Shown: in pieces, positions 1 to 9,083 of the stretch
How positions within the stretch are numbered: position 1 is the stretch's first letter
Layout of the letters: the number at the start of each line of letters is the position of its first letter
NCBI GenBank assembly: GCA_965222375.1
Contig: CBDCTZ010000016.1
Span: 1,728,001 to 1,792,000 of the forward strand
Direction: 5' to 3'
Length of the DNA stretch: 64,000 bases
DNA from: Polyangiaceae bacterium
GTDB taxonomy: Bacteria; Myxococcota_A; Polyangia; Polyangiales; Polyangiaceae
Position numbers and translations under genes: made by a program
The notes under the pieces: generated by a model
The model's database searches: none
Seen by the model: only the letters and a program-made list of their open reading frames with translations
What the model was told of the DNA's origin: nothing

Positions 1-150
1 ACCCGCGACCCAATCCACCTCGGGCAGCTCGACCGACTGTGCCTCGAATGCCTCCACAACGCGCTCGAGCTTGATGCGCTTCTGCTCGCTCGCCGACTTG
101 CCCATCAGCGGACAACCGCCACAGCGCTCTTGGACGGGGCAATGGGTCAT
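1..150 (-). CDS. N-terminus of a probable 23S rRNA m5U methyltransferase (RlmD/RumA-like), runs off the window edge
   Basis: Manual translation MTHCPVQERCGGCPLMGKSASEQKRIKLERV...; the C-x5-CGGC motif followed by Q-x3-K is typical of the RlmD 4Fe-4S region. Confidence 0.6.
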   Translation of the reverse strand, partial: MTHCPVQERCGGCPLMGKSASEQKRIKLERVVEAFEAQSVELPEVDWVAG

Positions 151-205
151 CCTTGGGCACGGTGCTAGCACGTTGTGCCCGAGAACGAGACGGGCTCGTC
201 GGGTG

Positions 206-556
206 TCACGGGCGGTGCACGACTCGGACCAGCGTGCCGATGATGTGGTTGAAGTGTGCTCGGAGCTCTGGAGGCACGGGCGGCGAATAGCCCATAGCTT
301 CGGCGAACTCGAGATTCGCGAGCGCTTCCCGCGCTTCGCCCAGCGCGATTTCGTAGGCGAGCCGGCGGCGCCCAGCGCGACGCGCTTCGTGATACCCGAC
401 GGGGTGCAGCCCAGAGCCTTCAGCAAGGTTGTTGACGACCGACCCAAGAGACTTGCGCAACTGCACCGACGCCGCCCGATCAAAGCGCGCGATGCGATCC
501 GCCAACGGCCGAACTTCGCGAGCCAATCGAACAGAGACTGGATACATACGAAGCAT
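206..556 (-). CDS. Four-helix-bundle protein (23S rRNA IVS/Avd-like family)
   Basis: MLRMY...QLRKSLGSVVNNLAEGSG...YEIALGEAREALANLEFAEAMGY fits the QL-x-x-S...N-x-AEG / A-x-G-x-A-x-E pattern; start taken at ATG 556. Confidence 0.8.
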   Translation of the reverse strand: MLRMYPVSVRLAREVRPLADRIARFDRAASVQLRKSLGSVVNNLAEGSGLHPVGYHEARRAGRRRLAYEIALGEAREALANLEFAEAMGYSPPVPPELRAHFNHIIGTLVRVVHRP

Positions 557-593
557 GTTGAGGTTCCTTTCACAAAAAACAAACCACCTCAAC

Positions 594-680
594 GCCGGCG
601 CGCGCAGGTCGGCTCAAGGCTGGCTGCGCAGCAGCCACCGGCGAAGCCGGCTAGGCCTTGAACCGACCGAGCACGCTGGC
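594..680. other. Multi-branched palindromic element upstream of the four-helix-bundle gene
   Basis: GGTCGGCTCAAGGC (607-620) pairs with GCCTTGAACCGACC (655-668) and encloses two hairpins, TGGCTGC-GCA-GCAGCCA and CCGGC-GAA-GCCGG. Confidence 0.7.
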
Positions 681-706
681 ACAATCAAACTAACCAGCGA
701 ACGGTG

Positions 707-754
707 CGCCCGCGTCCACGCTCACGCTCACGCCCGCGCCCACGCTCACGCTCT
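707..754. repeat. Degenerate hexamer tandem repeat (CACGCT/CGCGCC)n
   Basis: cgcccgcgtccacgctcacgctcacgcccgcgcccacgctcacgctct. Confidence 0.8.
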
Positions 755-785
755 CGGGAGTAGGGACATGGGTTACAGATCGCCC

Positions 786-1148
786 TCAAGCAGCAAATCC
801 CGCCGCAGCCGAAATCAGTCCGATCCCTACGACTGGCATCCCAACCGAAACCCGGCAGACCACCAAGGAACACTGCACAAACCTCGAGCCACTCCAACGC
901 CAGCGTCCCGTAAGCAGCGCTTGCCCACGCGCTATCCGCGCGACTGCCATCCCGGCGCCAACTAGAGCGAGCGTTCCAAACACCACTTCGCCGATCAGTG
1001 CTCGAGGCCGCGCAGGAAAGTCGGCGAACAGGGTCGAGGTAAAAAGCACGATGGCGAGCAAAGTCATGCCCGACCACACCGCTGCCTCAGCCGCGTACAC
1101 GCTATGGAGAAACTCCCGCCGTGGGTCTGCTTGGCTCTGCGACGTCAT
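786..1148 (-). CDS. Small membrane protein of unknown function
   Basis: 120 aa, about three hydrophobic segments; ATGA overlap with the PilZ gene. Confidence 0.6.
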   Translation of the reverse strand: MTSQSQADPRREFLHSVYAAEAAVWSGMTLLAIVLFTSTLFADFPARPRALIGEVVFGTLALVGAGMAVARIARGQALLTGRWRWSGSRFVQCSLVVCRVSVGMPVVGIGLISAAAGFAA

Positions 1149-1528
1149 GCGTAGGCGAGTTCGAGATCCGGTTTGAAGAACGGCTCGCTTTGGACCGATT
1201 GTTCGAGCGCGTCGAGGATGGCTTGTTGGATCTCGTCCTCCACGTCCGCGGTGGGATCGATCAGCTCCAGGGCCAGGGCCCAGATGCCTCGTTCGATGGG
1301 TGCGGCTCGCAGCACCCGTCCTCGCACGGCGACGGCGCGTTCGGGGGTCAGTTCGATGCGGAAATCGCCTTCTTGGCCCTCATACATGCCGACGCTGCCG
1401 GTGAGCAGCGCGCCAGCGGCACACAGGTTTTGAACGACGAATCGCCTGGCTTCCTGGCCGTCCTCGATGAAGACGGCGCTCGCGGGCAGTTCAACGCGAC
1501 GATGGGCTCTCTTCTCTTGGTCTCGCAT
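1145..1528 (-). CDS. PilZ-domain protein
   Basis: EKRAHRR (RxxxR) and NLCAAGA (D/NxSxxG-like) motifs; GGAGG RBS before ATG 1528. Confidence 0.75.
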   Translation of the reverse strand: MRDQEKRAHRRVELPASAVFIEDGQEARRFVVQNLCAAGALLTGSVGMYEGQEGDFRIELTPERAVAVRGRVLRAAPIERGIWALALELIDPTADVEDEIQQAILDALEQSVQSEPFFKPDLELAYA

Positions 1529-1699
1529 GACCCCTCCTTCGACACAGTCGAGAAACGTCAAGACAAGCCAGTGCTGGAAACCGAAAGCGAGATCCAGAAT
1601 AGCTACCGAGAGCAAAACGTCGACTGAAATGTGCGGCGCTGGCGCAGGGTTTCGCGTCGAGGGAGTGGCACGAAAAATTCCGTTCGAGTTTTCAGATGC

Positions 1700-3562
1700 T
1701 TAGCGGCTGATGCGCGGAAGCAGCACTTCGACCAGCTCGGATGCGAGAGTGTCCGCGTCACTCTCGTCGAGGGAGACGTGCGCGGCGAAGGCGTCCGGCG
1801 CCTCGTATTCGAAGGGACCGTGCAGTGCGTCATAGGTGCCGCGATGGTCGCGCTTGCGGCATGCCTCCAAGGGAGTGGCGACGTGGACTTCGAAAAAGCG
1901 GTTTGCGCCAACGACGTTCTTGACGGCTTGGCGGTCGCTCGCCAAGGGTGAGGCAAATCCGAAAATCACGACCAAGCCAGAGTCCGCGAAGCGCTGCGCC
2001 AGCTCCGGTGCATGGGGCGGGCTGCCACCGTGTGGGCCGCCACCCGCGGAGACTCCGTCGTGTGGGTCGATCACTACGGCCACGCGACCCAGGTCGAAGA
2101 GCCGCCGCTCCATAGCGTAGGCCAGCTCGCTCTTGCCGGAAGCAGGCAAGCCCGTGAGCCAGACCACGGCGCCGCTCTGTTCCAAACGATCGAAGCGCTC
2201 ACCCCGACTCACCAGGCTGTGTGGACCCAGCGCGCCGTGCTCCTCGGCCTCCTCGGCCTCGGCGCCTTCTGCGGCGATCATGCCTGCGGCCACGGTGTTG
2301 TTGGTGATGGGGTCGATCAGAACGAAAGCGCCCGTGGCGCGACAGGTCGTGTAGGCGTCGAAAAAGAGCGGCCGCAGGCAAGACACGACGACCTGGCCGA
2401 TGTCGTTCAGCTCCAGGTGCTTCGCCGGCACGGGGCTCAGAGTTTCCAGGTCCACGGCGTGGTTGACACGTTGGATTTCGGCTCGCACCTGCTGGGTGGA
2501 ATGCTTGAGAAAGTAGGTCTTTTCCAGGTCCAGAGGCCGCTCACTCATCCAAACCACGGTGGCCAGGAAGCGCTTCTTGGCGTTGGGTTGCCGCTGCGGA
2601 TGCACCAGCATGTCGCCCCGGCTGATGTCGATCTCGTCTTCCAGGCGCAGGCTCACGCTCATGGGCGCGAAGGCCGTATCCAACTCGCCTTCGAAGGTGT
2701 CAATGCCCGTCACGGTCGTCGTTTTGCGCGAGGGCAAAACCACGATCTTGTCGCCCTTGCTCACGCGGCCCGAAGCGATCTGGCCCGCGAAACCGCGGTA
2801 GCCGAGGTGGGGCCGCAGCGCGATCTGCACCGGGTAGCGGAAAGCGTCGTCCGCCTGGACGCGTGGCAAGGGCACCGTTTCCAGATGCTGCAGCAGCGTC
2901 GGGCCGTCGTACCAAGGCGTCTTGTCGCTTGGCGCAACGACGTTGTCACCGCCAAGGGCGCTCACGGGAATGAAAGTCACGCCAGTGAAGCCCAACTTGT
3001 CACAGAAGGCGGCAAACTCGTTTCGGATCGGCTCGAAGACGGCGCGGTCGAAGCCGATTAGATCCATCTTGTTCACGCACACGGTGAGCTCGGGAATGCC
3101 CAGCAGCGACGCGATGTAACCGTGGCGCCGCGACTGTTGCAGCACGCCCAGGCGCGCGTCGATCAAGATCACTGCGAGATGCGCCGTAGACGCGCCCGTG
3201 GCCATGTTGCGGGTGTATTGAACGTGGCCTGGCGTGTCGGCGATGATGAGTTTGCGCCTGTCCGTGGCGAAGTAGCGGTAAGCCACGTCGATCGTGATGC
3301 CCTGCTCCCGCTCGGCTTTCAGGCCGTCGGTGACCAAGGCAAAATCGATTTCCGCGCCCTCTTGCTTGGAGGCCCGCTTCACGGCGTTGAGCTGGTCCTC
3401 GTAGATCCCGTGGGTGTCGTGCAAGAGCCGACCAATCAGTGTGCTCTTGCCGTCGTCCACGGAGCCCACCGTCACGAAGCGCAGCAGCTCCTTCTCTTGA
3501 TGCCGTTTCAGGAAGCCTTCGATGTCGCTCTTGATCAGCTGCTGCTCAGCTTGGAAGCTCAT
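1700..3562 (-). CDS. cysNC: Sulfate adenylyltransferase subunit 1 fused to a degenerate APS-kinase domain (CysN/CysC)
   Basis: GSVDDGKST, AEREQGITIDVAYRYF, DTPGH and NKMD GTPase motifs; C-terminal WLTGLPASGKS P-loop. Confidence 0.93.
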   Translation of the reverse strand: MSFQAEQQLIKSDIEGFLKRHQEKELLRFVTVGSVDDGKSTLIGRLLHDTHGIYEDQLNAVKRASKQEGAEIDFALVTDGLKAEREQGITIDVAYRYFATDRRKLIIADTPGHVQYTRNMATGASTAHLAVILIDARLGVLQQSRRHGYIASLLGIPELTVCVNKMDLIGFDRAVFEPIRNEFAAFCDKLGFTGVTFIPVSALGGDNVVAPSDKTPWYDGPTLLQHLETVPLPRVQADDAFRYPVQIALRPHLGYRGFAGQIASGRVSKGDKIVVLPSRKTTTVTGIDTFEGELDTAFAPMSVSLRLEDEIDISRGDMLVHPQRQPNAKKRFLATVVWMSERPLDLEKTYFLKHSTQQVRAEIQRVNHAVDLETLSPVPAKHLELNDIGQVVVSCLRPLFFDAYTTCRATGAFVLIDPITNNTVAAGMIAAEGAEAEEAEEHGALGPHSLVSRGERFDRLEQSGAVVWLTGLPASGKSELAYAMERRLFDLGRVAVVIDPHDGVSAGGGPHGGSPPHAPELAQRFADSGLVVIFGFASPLASDRQAVKNVVGANRFFEVHVATPLEACRKRDHRGTYDALHGPFEYEAPDAFAAHVSLDESDADTLASELVEVLLPRISR

Positions 3563-4470
3563 CAGAAGTAGCCCTCCCGCTTCTTGACCTCCATGGAGCC
3601 GTCTTCGTCGAAGTCGATCAAGCGACCTTGGCGCTCGGAGAAGCGCGTCAAAAGCATCTCTTGGATGATTTCCTGCAGAGTGGTCGCGGTAGAGCGGATC
3701 GCACCGCTGAGTGGGTAGCAGCCCAGAGTACGGAAGCGCACCGTCTCCATGAACGGCGTTTCTCCGGGCAAGAGTCGCATCCGCTCGTCATCCACCATGA
3801 TCAACGCGCCCTCGCGCTCGACCACGGGGCGCTCTGCTGCGAAATACAGCGGCACGATGGGGATTTGTTCCAGATGGATGTAGAGCCACACGTCCAGCTC
3901 GGTCCAGTTGGAGAGGGGGAATACCCGGACCGACTCACCCTTGGTGATGCGACCGTTGTACAGACTCCACAGTTCCGGCCGCTGGTTCTTGGGATCCCAT
4001 TGCCCGAAGCGATCTCGGAACGAATAGATCCGTTCCTTCGCCCGAGAGCGCTCTTCGTCTCTGCGGGCCCCGCCGAATGCCGCGTCGAAGCCGCCCGTGG
4101 ATAGCGCTTGGAGCAGCGCTTGGGTCTTCATCACGGTGGTGTACTTCTGGCTCCCGTGATCGAAGGGGTTGATGTTCTCTTCCAGCCCCTGCTGATTCGT
4201 GTGCACGATGAGCTCCAGCCCGTGCTCCTTGCAGTAGCGATCCCGGAACTCGATCATGGCGCGGAACTTCCACGTCGTGTCGATGTGCATGAACGGGAAG
4301 GGTGGCTTGCCAGGATGAAACGCCTTGCGCGCCAGATGAGCCATCACCGACGAGTCTTTGCCGATGCTGTAGAGCATCACCGGCTGATCGAACTCCGCCG
4401 TCGCCTCTCGAATGATATGGATGCTCTCGGCCTCGAGCTGTTGCAGATGGCTCAGCCGATCCTCGGCCAT
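3562..4470 (-). CDS. cysD: Sulfate adenylyltransferase subunit 2
   Basis: [44 protein letters not shown] and KKREGYF motifs. Confidence 0.96.
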   Translation of the reverse strand: MAEDRLSHLQQLEAESIHIIREATAEFDQPVMLYSIGKDSSVMAHLARKAFHPGKPPFPFMHIDTTWKFRAMIEFRDRYCKEHGLELIVHTNQQGLEENINPFDHGSQKYTTVMKTQALLQALSTGGFDAAFGGARRDEERSRAKERIYSFRDRFGQWDPKNQRPELWSLYNGRITKGESVRVFPLSNWTELDVWLYIHLEQIPIVPLYFAAERPVVEREGALIMVDDERMRLLPGETPFMETVRFRTLGCYPLSGAIRSTATTLQEIIQEMLLTRFSERQGRLIDFDEDGSMEVKKREGYF

Positions 4471-4511
4471 GCCGTCCAAGCTGAGGGCGGAGCGGGCGGA
4501 CATGATTGCCG

Positions 4512-4590
4512 GCTTATTTAGCACTTTTCCGATAAAGTATTAGTGATTAGTTAAACGTCGGTAAATATTGTAAAATCCTAGGGATTAGGG
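4512..4590. promoter_or_regulatory. AT-rich divergent promoter region between cysD and the methyltransferase gene
   Basis: Strongly AT-rich patch (ttattagcacttttccgataaagtattagtgattagttaaacg...) in a high-GC background; no specific operator assigned. Confidence 0.45.
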
Positions 4591-4777
4591 CTCCTCGGGC
4601 CCCAGCGCTCGACAAAAAAATCCCCGATCCCCGACCGCCTAGGGTCGCAGGCCTGAACGCATGAGCGCTGCGAAGGGATCTGCGCGGCTCATACCGGGAT
4701 TGTCGCGCGATACGTCATTGCCGGGGATGCGGAGATATGGTCCTGTCCCGCCCTCGTCGGGGGGCGAAAGGATCGTT

Positions 4778-5962
4778 ATGCCCGCACTCACAGATTACGT
4801 GGTCTTCAAGGACCAGAAGCTCGCTCGGAAATACGCCAACAAGCGTATCCCCATCGCCACGCTATTCGAGGCCTACTTCGACGGCGACATCGATATCCCG
4901 GGCGATATCTACGAGTTCTTGGACAACCGCAATCTGTTCGTGAACTACAAGCTGACCCCGGACCACTTCAAGTGGGCCGTGACCAACTTCCTGCCGGAAG
5001 TGGCGATTCACAGCAAGAGCCAAGATACCCGCATCGTGCGTGAGCACTACGACCGCGGCAACGACTTCTTCGGCTGGTTCCTCGGCGAGCGCATGGTCTA
5101 CACCTCTGGTTTCTACCAGAACACGGATCAGACTCTAGAGCAGGCCCAGGACAACAAGATGGACCTGGTCTGCCAGAAGCTGCAGCTCAAGCCCGGGGAT
5201 CGCCTACTGGACATCGGTTGTGGTTGGGGCACCTTGGCCCGCCACGCTGCCAAGTACTACGGCGTGGATGCCACCGGCGTCACCCTGGCCAAGAAGCAGA
5301 CCGAGTTCGGCAACAAGCGCATTGCGGATTGGGGCCTTTCCGACCGCGCCCGCATCCTTTGCGCGGACTATCGCGACATTCCCAAGCAGAAGTTCAACAA
5401 GATCTCCAGCTTGGAGATGGTCGAGCACGTGGGCGTCAAGAACCTGCAGGGCTTCTACAACCAGTGCAACGACCTGCTCGAGGACGACGGCCTGATGCTG
5501 TTGCAGTGGACCGGCCTGCGCCGTGGGCTGAAGGGCGAGGACCTGATCTGGGGCTTGTTCATGAACAAGTACATCTTCCCCGGTGCAGACGCGAGCCTGT
5601 GCCCAGCACCCATGCTTCAGCACATGGAAAAGGCCAATTTCGAGACGCATAGCGTCGAGAACATCAGCATCCACTACCACTGGACCATCAAGGCCTGGCA
5701 CGACAACTGGCTGGAAAACAAGGACGCGGTGATCGCGGCCTACGGTGAGCGCTGGTTCCGCATTTGGCACTTCTTCTTGGCCTGGTCGACCATCATTGGC
5801 AAGCAGGGCAATGCCGCATGCTTCCAGGTGGTGATGAACAAGAACCTGGACCACTTCGACCGTACCCGTTGGGTTACCGACAAGAGCGTCGTGCTCGGGG
5901 ATCGTTCGGATCGCTTCGTGGATCGGGAAAAGCCTGCAGCGGCTTACGCCACCGCGGAGTGA
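4778..5962 (+). CDS. Cfa/CMAS-family SAM methyltransferase resembling fungal sphingolipid C9-methyltransferase
   Basis: HYDRGNDFFGWFLG, LDIGCGWG, LEMVEHVG and EDLIWGLFMNKYIFPGADAS motifs; start at ATG 4778 after an AAGGA RBS. Confidence 0.85.
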   Translation: MPALTDYVVFKDQKLARKYANKRIPIATLFEAYFDGDIDIPGDIYEFLDNRNLFVNYKLTPDHFKWAVTNFLPEVAIHSKSQDTRIVREHYDRGNDFFGWFLGERMVYTSGFYQNTDQTLEQAQDNKMDLVCQKLQLKPGDRLLDIGCGWGTLARHAAKYYGVDATGVTLAKKQTEFGNKRIADWGLSDRARILCADYRDIPKQKFNKISSLEMVEHVGVKNLQGFYNQCNDLLEDDGLMLLQWTGLRRGLKGEDLIWGLFMNKYIFPGADASLCPAPMLQHMEKANFETHSVENISIHYHWTIKAWHDNWLENKDAVIAAYGERWFRIWHFFLAWSTIIGKQGNAACFQVVMNKNLDHFDRTRWVTDKSVVLGDRSDRFVDREKPAAAYATAE

Positions 5963-5966
5963 GAGC

Positions 5967-6932
5967 ATGGGTTTGCGCGGGCTCTTCGCGTTTGCGGCAG
6001 TCGTACTGAGTGCCTCATTCGCGGCAGCGCAGGGAACTCCGCCCGAAGAGCCGCCGCCCGCGGAAGCGCCGTCGGCAGAGCTCGCCCCACCTGGCGAGGC
6101 TCCGCCTCCGGCGCAACCTCCGCCCGGTGAGCCTCCGCCCCCAGTGCAGCCTCCCCCCGCGCAGCCCCCGCCCCCGGCGCAACCTCCACCGGCGGGTCCG
6201 CCGGCAGCTCGGCCTGGCTATGGTCAGCCTCCGCCTCCGGGTTACGGGCAACCACCACCTCCGGGTTACGGGCATCCACCGCCTGGCTACGCGCCACCGC
6301 CCGGGGGCTACCAGCAGCCTCCGCCTTACCCGCCGCCCCCGCCGCCGGGCCCGCCGCCCGGCGCGCATCTGCACGACGGATTCTATTTGCGCATGGGATT
6401 GGGCGTTGGCTACGGCAACGTCAAGAGCACGGGAGGGTCGGGAAGCACGGATCTGGAGATCACCTACAAAGGTTTCGGTCCCGTCTACGAATTGCTTCTC
6501 GGCGGCACGCCCGGCGGAGGCTTTGTCATCGGTGGTGGCTTCGTAGGTCAGGACATCAGCGATCCTGACCGCGAAGTCAGCGTGGGATCGAGCGGCAGCG
6601 CGTCCAGCACCACAGATGGCGCGCTGGGTGTGGTGGTGGTGGGCCCCTTCGTCGACTGGTTCCCTGATGAACGCGGCGGTGCCCACGTTGGCCTCATGCT
6701 CGGCATCGGTGGCATAGGCGTCCAGGACGAAAACGGCGACAGCGCGACGGGTTTTGGCGGCGCGCTGTTCGGTGGCTACGACTTCTGGATCGGAGAGCAG
6801 TGGTCCATCGGCCCGGAAGCGCGCATCGTAGCGGTGCGCACAGACCACGACATTGGCAGTGGCGCATCCAGGACCACGTTGGATGACACAGCGCTGAGCT
6901 ACGAACTCTTGTTCAGCGCGCTATTCCACTAG
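5967..6932 (+). CDS. Secreted Pro-rich protein with a C-terminal outer-membrane beta-barrel-like domain
   Basis: Signal peptide, PPPG(Y) repeats, HDGFYLRMGLG, alternating beta strands, aromatic residue near the C-terminus. Confidence 0.7.
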   Translation: MGLRGLFAFAAVVLSASFAAAQGTPPEEPPPAEAPSAELAPPGEAPPPAQPPPGEPPPPVQPPPAQPPPPAQPPPAGPPAARPGYGQPPPPGYGQPPPPGYGHPPPGYAPPPGGYQQPPPYPPPPPPGPPPGAHLHDGFYLRMGLGVGYGNVKSTGGSGSTDLEITYKGFGPVYELLLGGTPGGGFVIGGGFVGQDISDPDREVSVGSSGSASSTTDGALGVVVVGPFVDWFPDERGGAHVGLMLGIGGIGVQDENGDSATGFGGALFGGYDFWIGEQWSIGPEARIVAVRTDHDIGSGASRTTLDDTALSYELLFSALFH

Positions 6933-7318
6933 TGCATCGATTCAGCAGAATCGATGCACTAGCCCTTTCTAGTCGGGAGCGCAGCTCCCGCCCCGCGGAA
7001 GTGAATTCCGCGGGGCCCCACCCACAGGTTTCGGGGCCCCAGCCCCGAAACGCATCGTTCATTGGAATCGATGCACTAGCCCTTTCTAGTCGGGAGCGCA
7101 GCTCCCGCCCCGCGGAAGTGAATTCCGCGGGGCCCCACCCACAGGTTTCGGGGCCCCAGCCCCGAAACGCATCGTTCATTGGAATCGATGCACTAGCCCT
7201 TTCTAGTCGGGAGCACAGCTCCGGCCCCGCTGACATGAAGTACGCGCTTCGTGATACCCGACGAGGTGCATCGGGGCCCCCACTCCGAAACGCATCGTTC
7301 ATCGAATCGATGCACTAG
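6929..7318. mobile_element. MITE/REP-like element with 15-bp terminal inverted repeats and three internal ~117-bp units
   Basis: CTAGTGCATCGATTC (6929) and GAATCGATGCACTAG (ends 7318); GAATCGATGCACTAG recurs at 6948, 7065, 7182 and 7304; internal hairpins. Confidence 0.75.
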
Positions 7319-7329
7319 CGCGTTCGCGC

Positions 7330-8988
7330 CTACTGGCGGCATCGGCGCAGACGCCCCAGTGCCAGAGCGAACAGCGCCGCTATCCACCAAGCGCTTGAAC
7401 TCGCCGGGGACGAGGTGCGACAGGCGCACCCGCTATCGTCGCTGGACTCCTTGTCCGTTGCGGAGTTGGCGCCCGAGCCGGCACTGCCCGCAGCAGCGCC
7501 GCTGCCCCCCGCGCCGCCCGCAGCACCCGAGCCCGCACTACCACCCCCCGCACCCGGTGTGCCCCCCGCACCCGGTCCGCCTCCGCCGCCGCCCGTTCCG
7601 GCGTCCGGAACTGCGGAACCATCGTGCCATTCGTAGGCGCCGACATCGTGCGCGCTGCCCTGGGGCCGCGGGATGCCTTCGATGTCGATGTTCGGAGCCT
7701 TATCGCTTGCGCCCTTGTCGATGGCGGGCGCCGTGGCGAGCAGGTGCACGTCATAGGGTGGCGCCACGAAGAACTTCTTGGCGTCGTCGATGATCATGTT
7801 GGAGTCCTCGGTGACCCCATTGCCCTCGTTGGCAAGATCCGTGGTCAGGTTGTTGCGCACCAGGCCGCTAGAGGGCGTGCCGTTCTTGTGGTCGCCCACC
7901 TTGATCCACGGCGGGCCGGGCTTCTCTCCGTTCACGTCCAGTACGGTGTTGTTGACGACTAGAGCGTTGATCGCTCCCAAAAGCGTGATGCCATGCCAGT
8001 GATCCGTGATCACGACGTTGTTCTCGATCACCCAATCTCGGAACATGCCGTCGAACATGCCGATCCCCTGCAGCGTGCAGCGCATGGGCTGCTTTTCGTC
8101 CTCGTAGTTGATGAACATGTTGCCGCGCAAAGTGACCCCCACCACTTCGCCCGTGCCGACTTTTCCGTCACTGCCCTTGCTCCAGGACTGGAAACCGTCG
8201 TCGTGGTTGGCGTTCACGTCGTAGCAATTCTTCACCAGGTTGTATTGGAACGTCGTGTAGTCGCCCAATCCACGCAGACCGTCGCCGGAGAACCGGTTGA
8301 CGGTGTTTTTCTCGATCAAGGAGTCGGTCGCGCCAGAAGAGATACCGAAGTCGACGTCTTCGATCAGATTGCCGGTGATGGTGATGTTCTTGCCCCCTAC
8401 GGAAATGCCATTGGCGGCTTTGGAGTCCCAATCGCCGGCACTCCAGGACGACGTATCGCTGACGGACCGAATCGAGAAACCGGAAATCGTGACGTCATTC
8501 ACCGGGCCGCTGTGATTGTGATTCGAAACGGACACCAAAGTGCTGTTGTCGTACTTGGCAGCTAGCTCGCGATTCACGTGCAGGCCTTGGATGATCCAAT
8601 TCGAACTCGACCGCACCTCGAGCTTGCTCAGCTCGGGCTTTTCGCCGGACGCAGGTGCGATGGTGATGGCCGACGCATTGTAGTGCCCGCTGATGGTGAC
8701 CTCTCCGTGATACCCGCTGTAGAGCACGATTCGGTCGCCAGCTTTGATCGGCGCGCCAGCGTTCTTGGCTTTGAGCTTCTTGCCCGCCGCGTAGGGTAGG
8801 GAGTCCCAGTTTTGCGTCTCCACCAGGTTGGCGGCGATCACCTCCTCGAGGGTCTTCCAGGGCTTGGCGCTGCTTCCGTCCCCGCTGCTCGCTCCCTTGG
8901 CGGGATCTACGTGGAAATCTTTGGCTTGGGCAGCCGCTGCGAGGGACAGAGCGGCCAAGGCGGACAAGACGCTGGGCAATGCTTTCAT
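7330..8988 (-). CDS. Secreted right-handed parallel beta-helix protein (pectate-lyase-like) with a MYXO-CTERM-like tail
   Basis: Signal peptide, GDGSSAKPWKTL, Asn-ladder repeats, HDDGFQ, DVGAYE, Gly linker, GCACR-hydrophobic-RLRR tail. Confidence 0.8.
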   Translation of the reverse strand: MKALPSVLSALAALSLAAAAQAKDFHVDPAKGASSGDGSSAKPWKTLEEVIAANLVETQNWDSLPYAAGKKLKAKNAGAPIKAGDRIVLYSGYHGEVTISGHYNASAITIAPASGEKPELSKLEVRSSSNWIIQGLHVNRELAAKYDNSTLVSVSNHNHSGPVNDVTISGFSIRSVSDTSSWSAGDWDSKAANGISVGGKNITITGNLIEDVDFGISSGATDSLIEKNTVNRFSGDGLRGLGDYTTFQYNLVKNCYDVNANHDDGFQSWSKGSDGKVGTGEVVGVTLRGNMFINYEDEKQPMRCTLQGIGMFDGMFRDWVIENNVVITDHWHGITLLGAINALVVNNTVLDVNGEKPGPPWIKVGDHKNGTPSSGLVRNNLTTDLANEGNGVTEDSNMIIDDAKKFFVAPPYDVHLLATAPAIDKGASDKAPNIDIEGIPRPQGSAHDVGAYEWHDGSAVPDAGTGGGGGGPGAGGTPGAGGGSAGSGAAGGAGGSGAAAGSAGSGANSATDKESSDDSGCACRTSSPASSSAWWIAALFALALGRLRRCRQ

Positions 8989-9083
8989 GGCAAGGCTCAG
9001 CCTACGGCCTGGCCGAGGCCGAAGCCCTTACGCTTGCTGCGCGGATTGAACGGGCGCCCCGCGCCCCGGAAATCCCGGGGATT

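Noticed and set aside
206..556. Avd of a diversity-generating retroelement
   Set aside because: No adjacent RT or TR/VR pair; the only RT remnant is a group II intron 21 kb away.
6929..7318. Possible CRISPR array
   Set aside because: The sequences between repeats are identical or homologous, not unique spacers; the period is 117 bp; no cas genes are present.
8706..8716. Third copy of the CGTGATACCCG micro-element
   Set aside because: Only 11 bp match, and it encodes the ordinary SGYHG of the beta-helix protein; likely chance.
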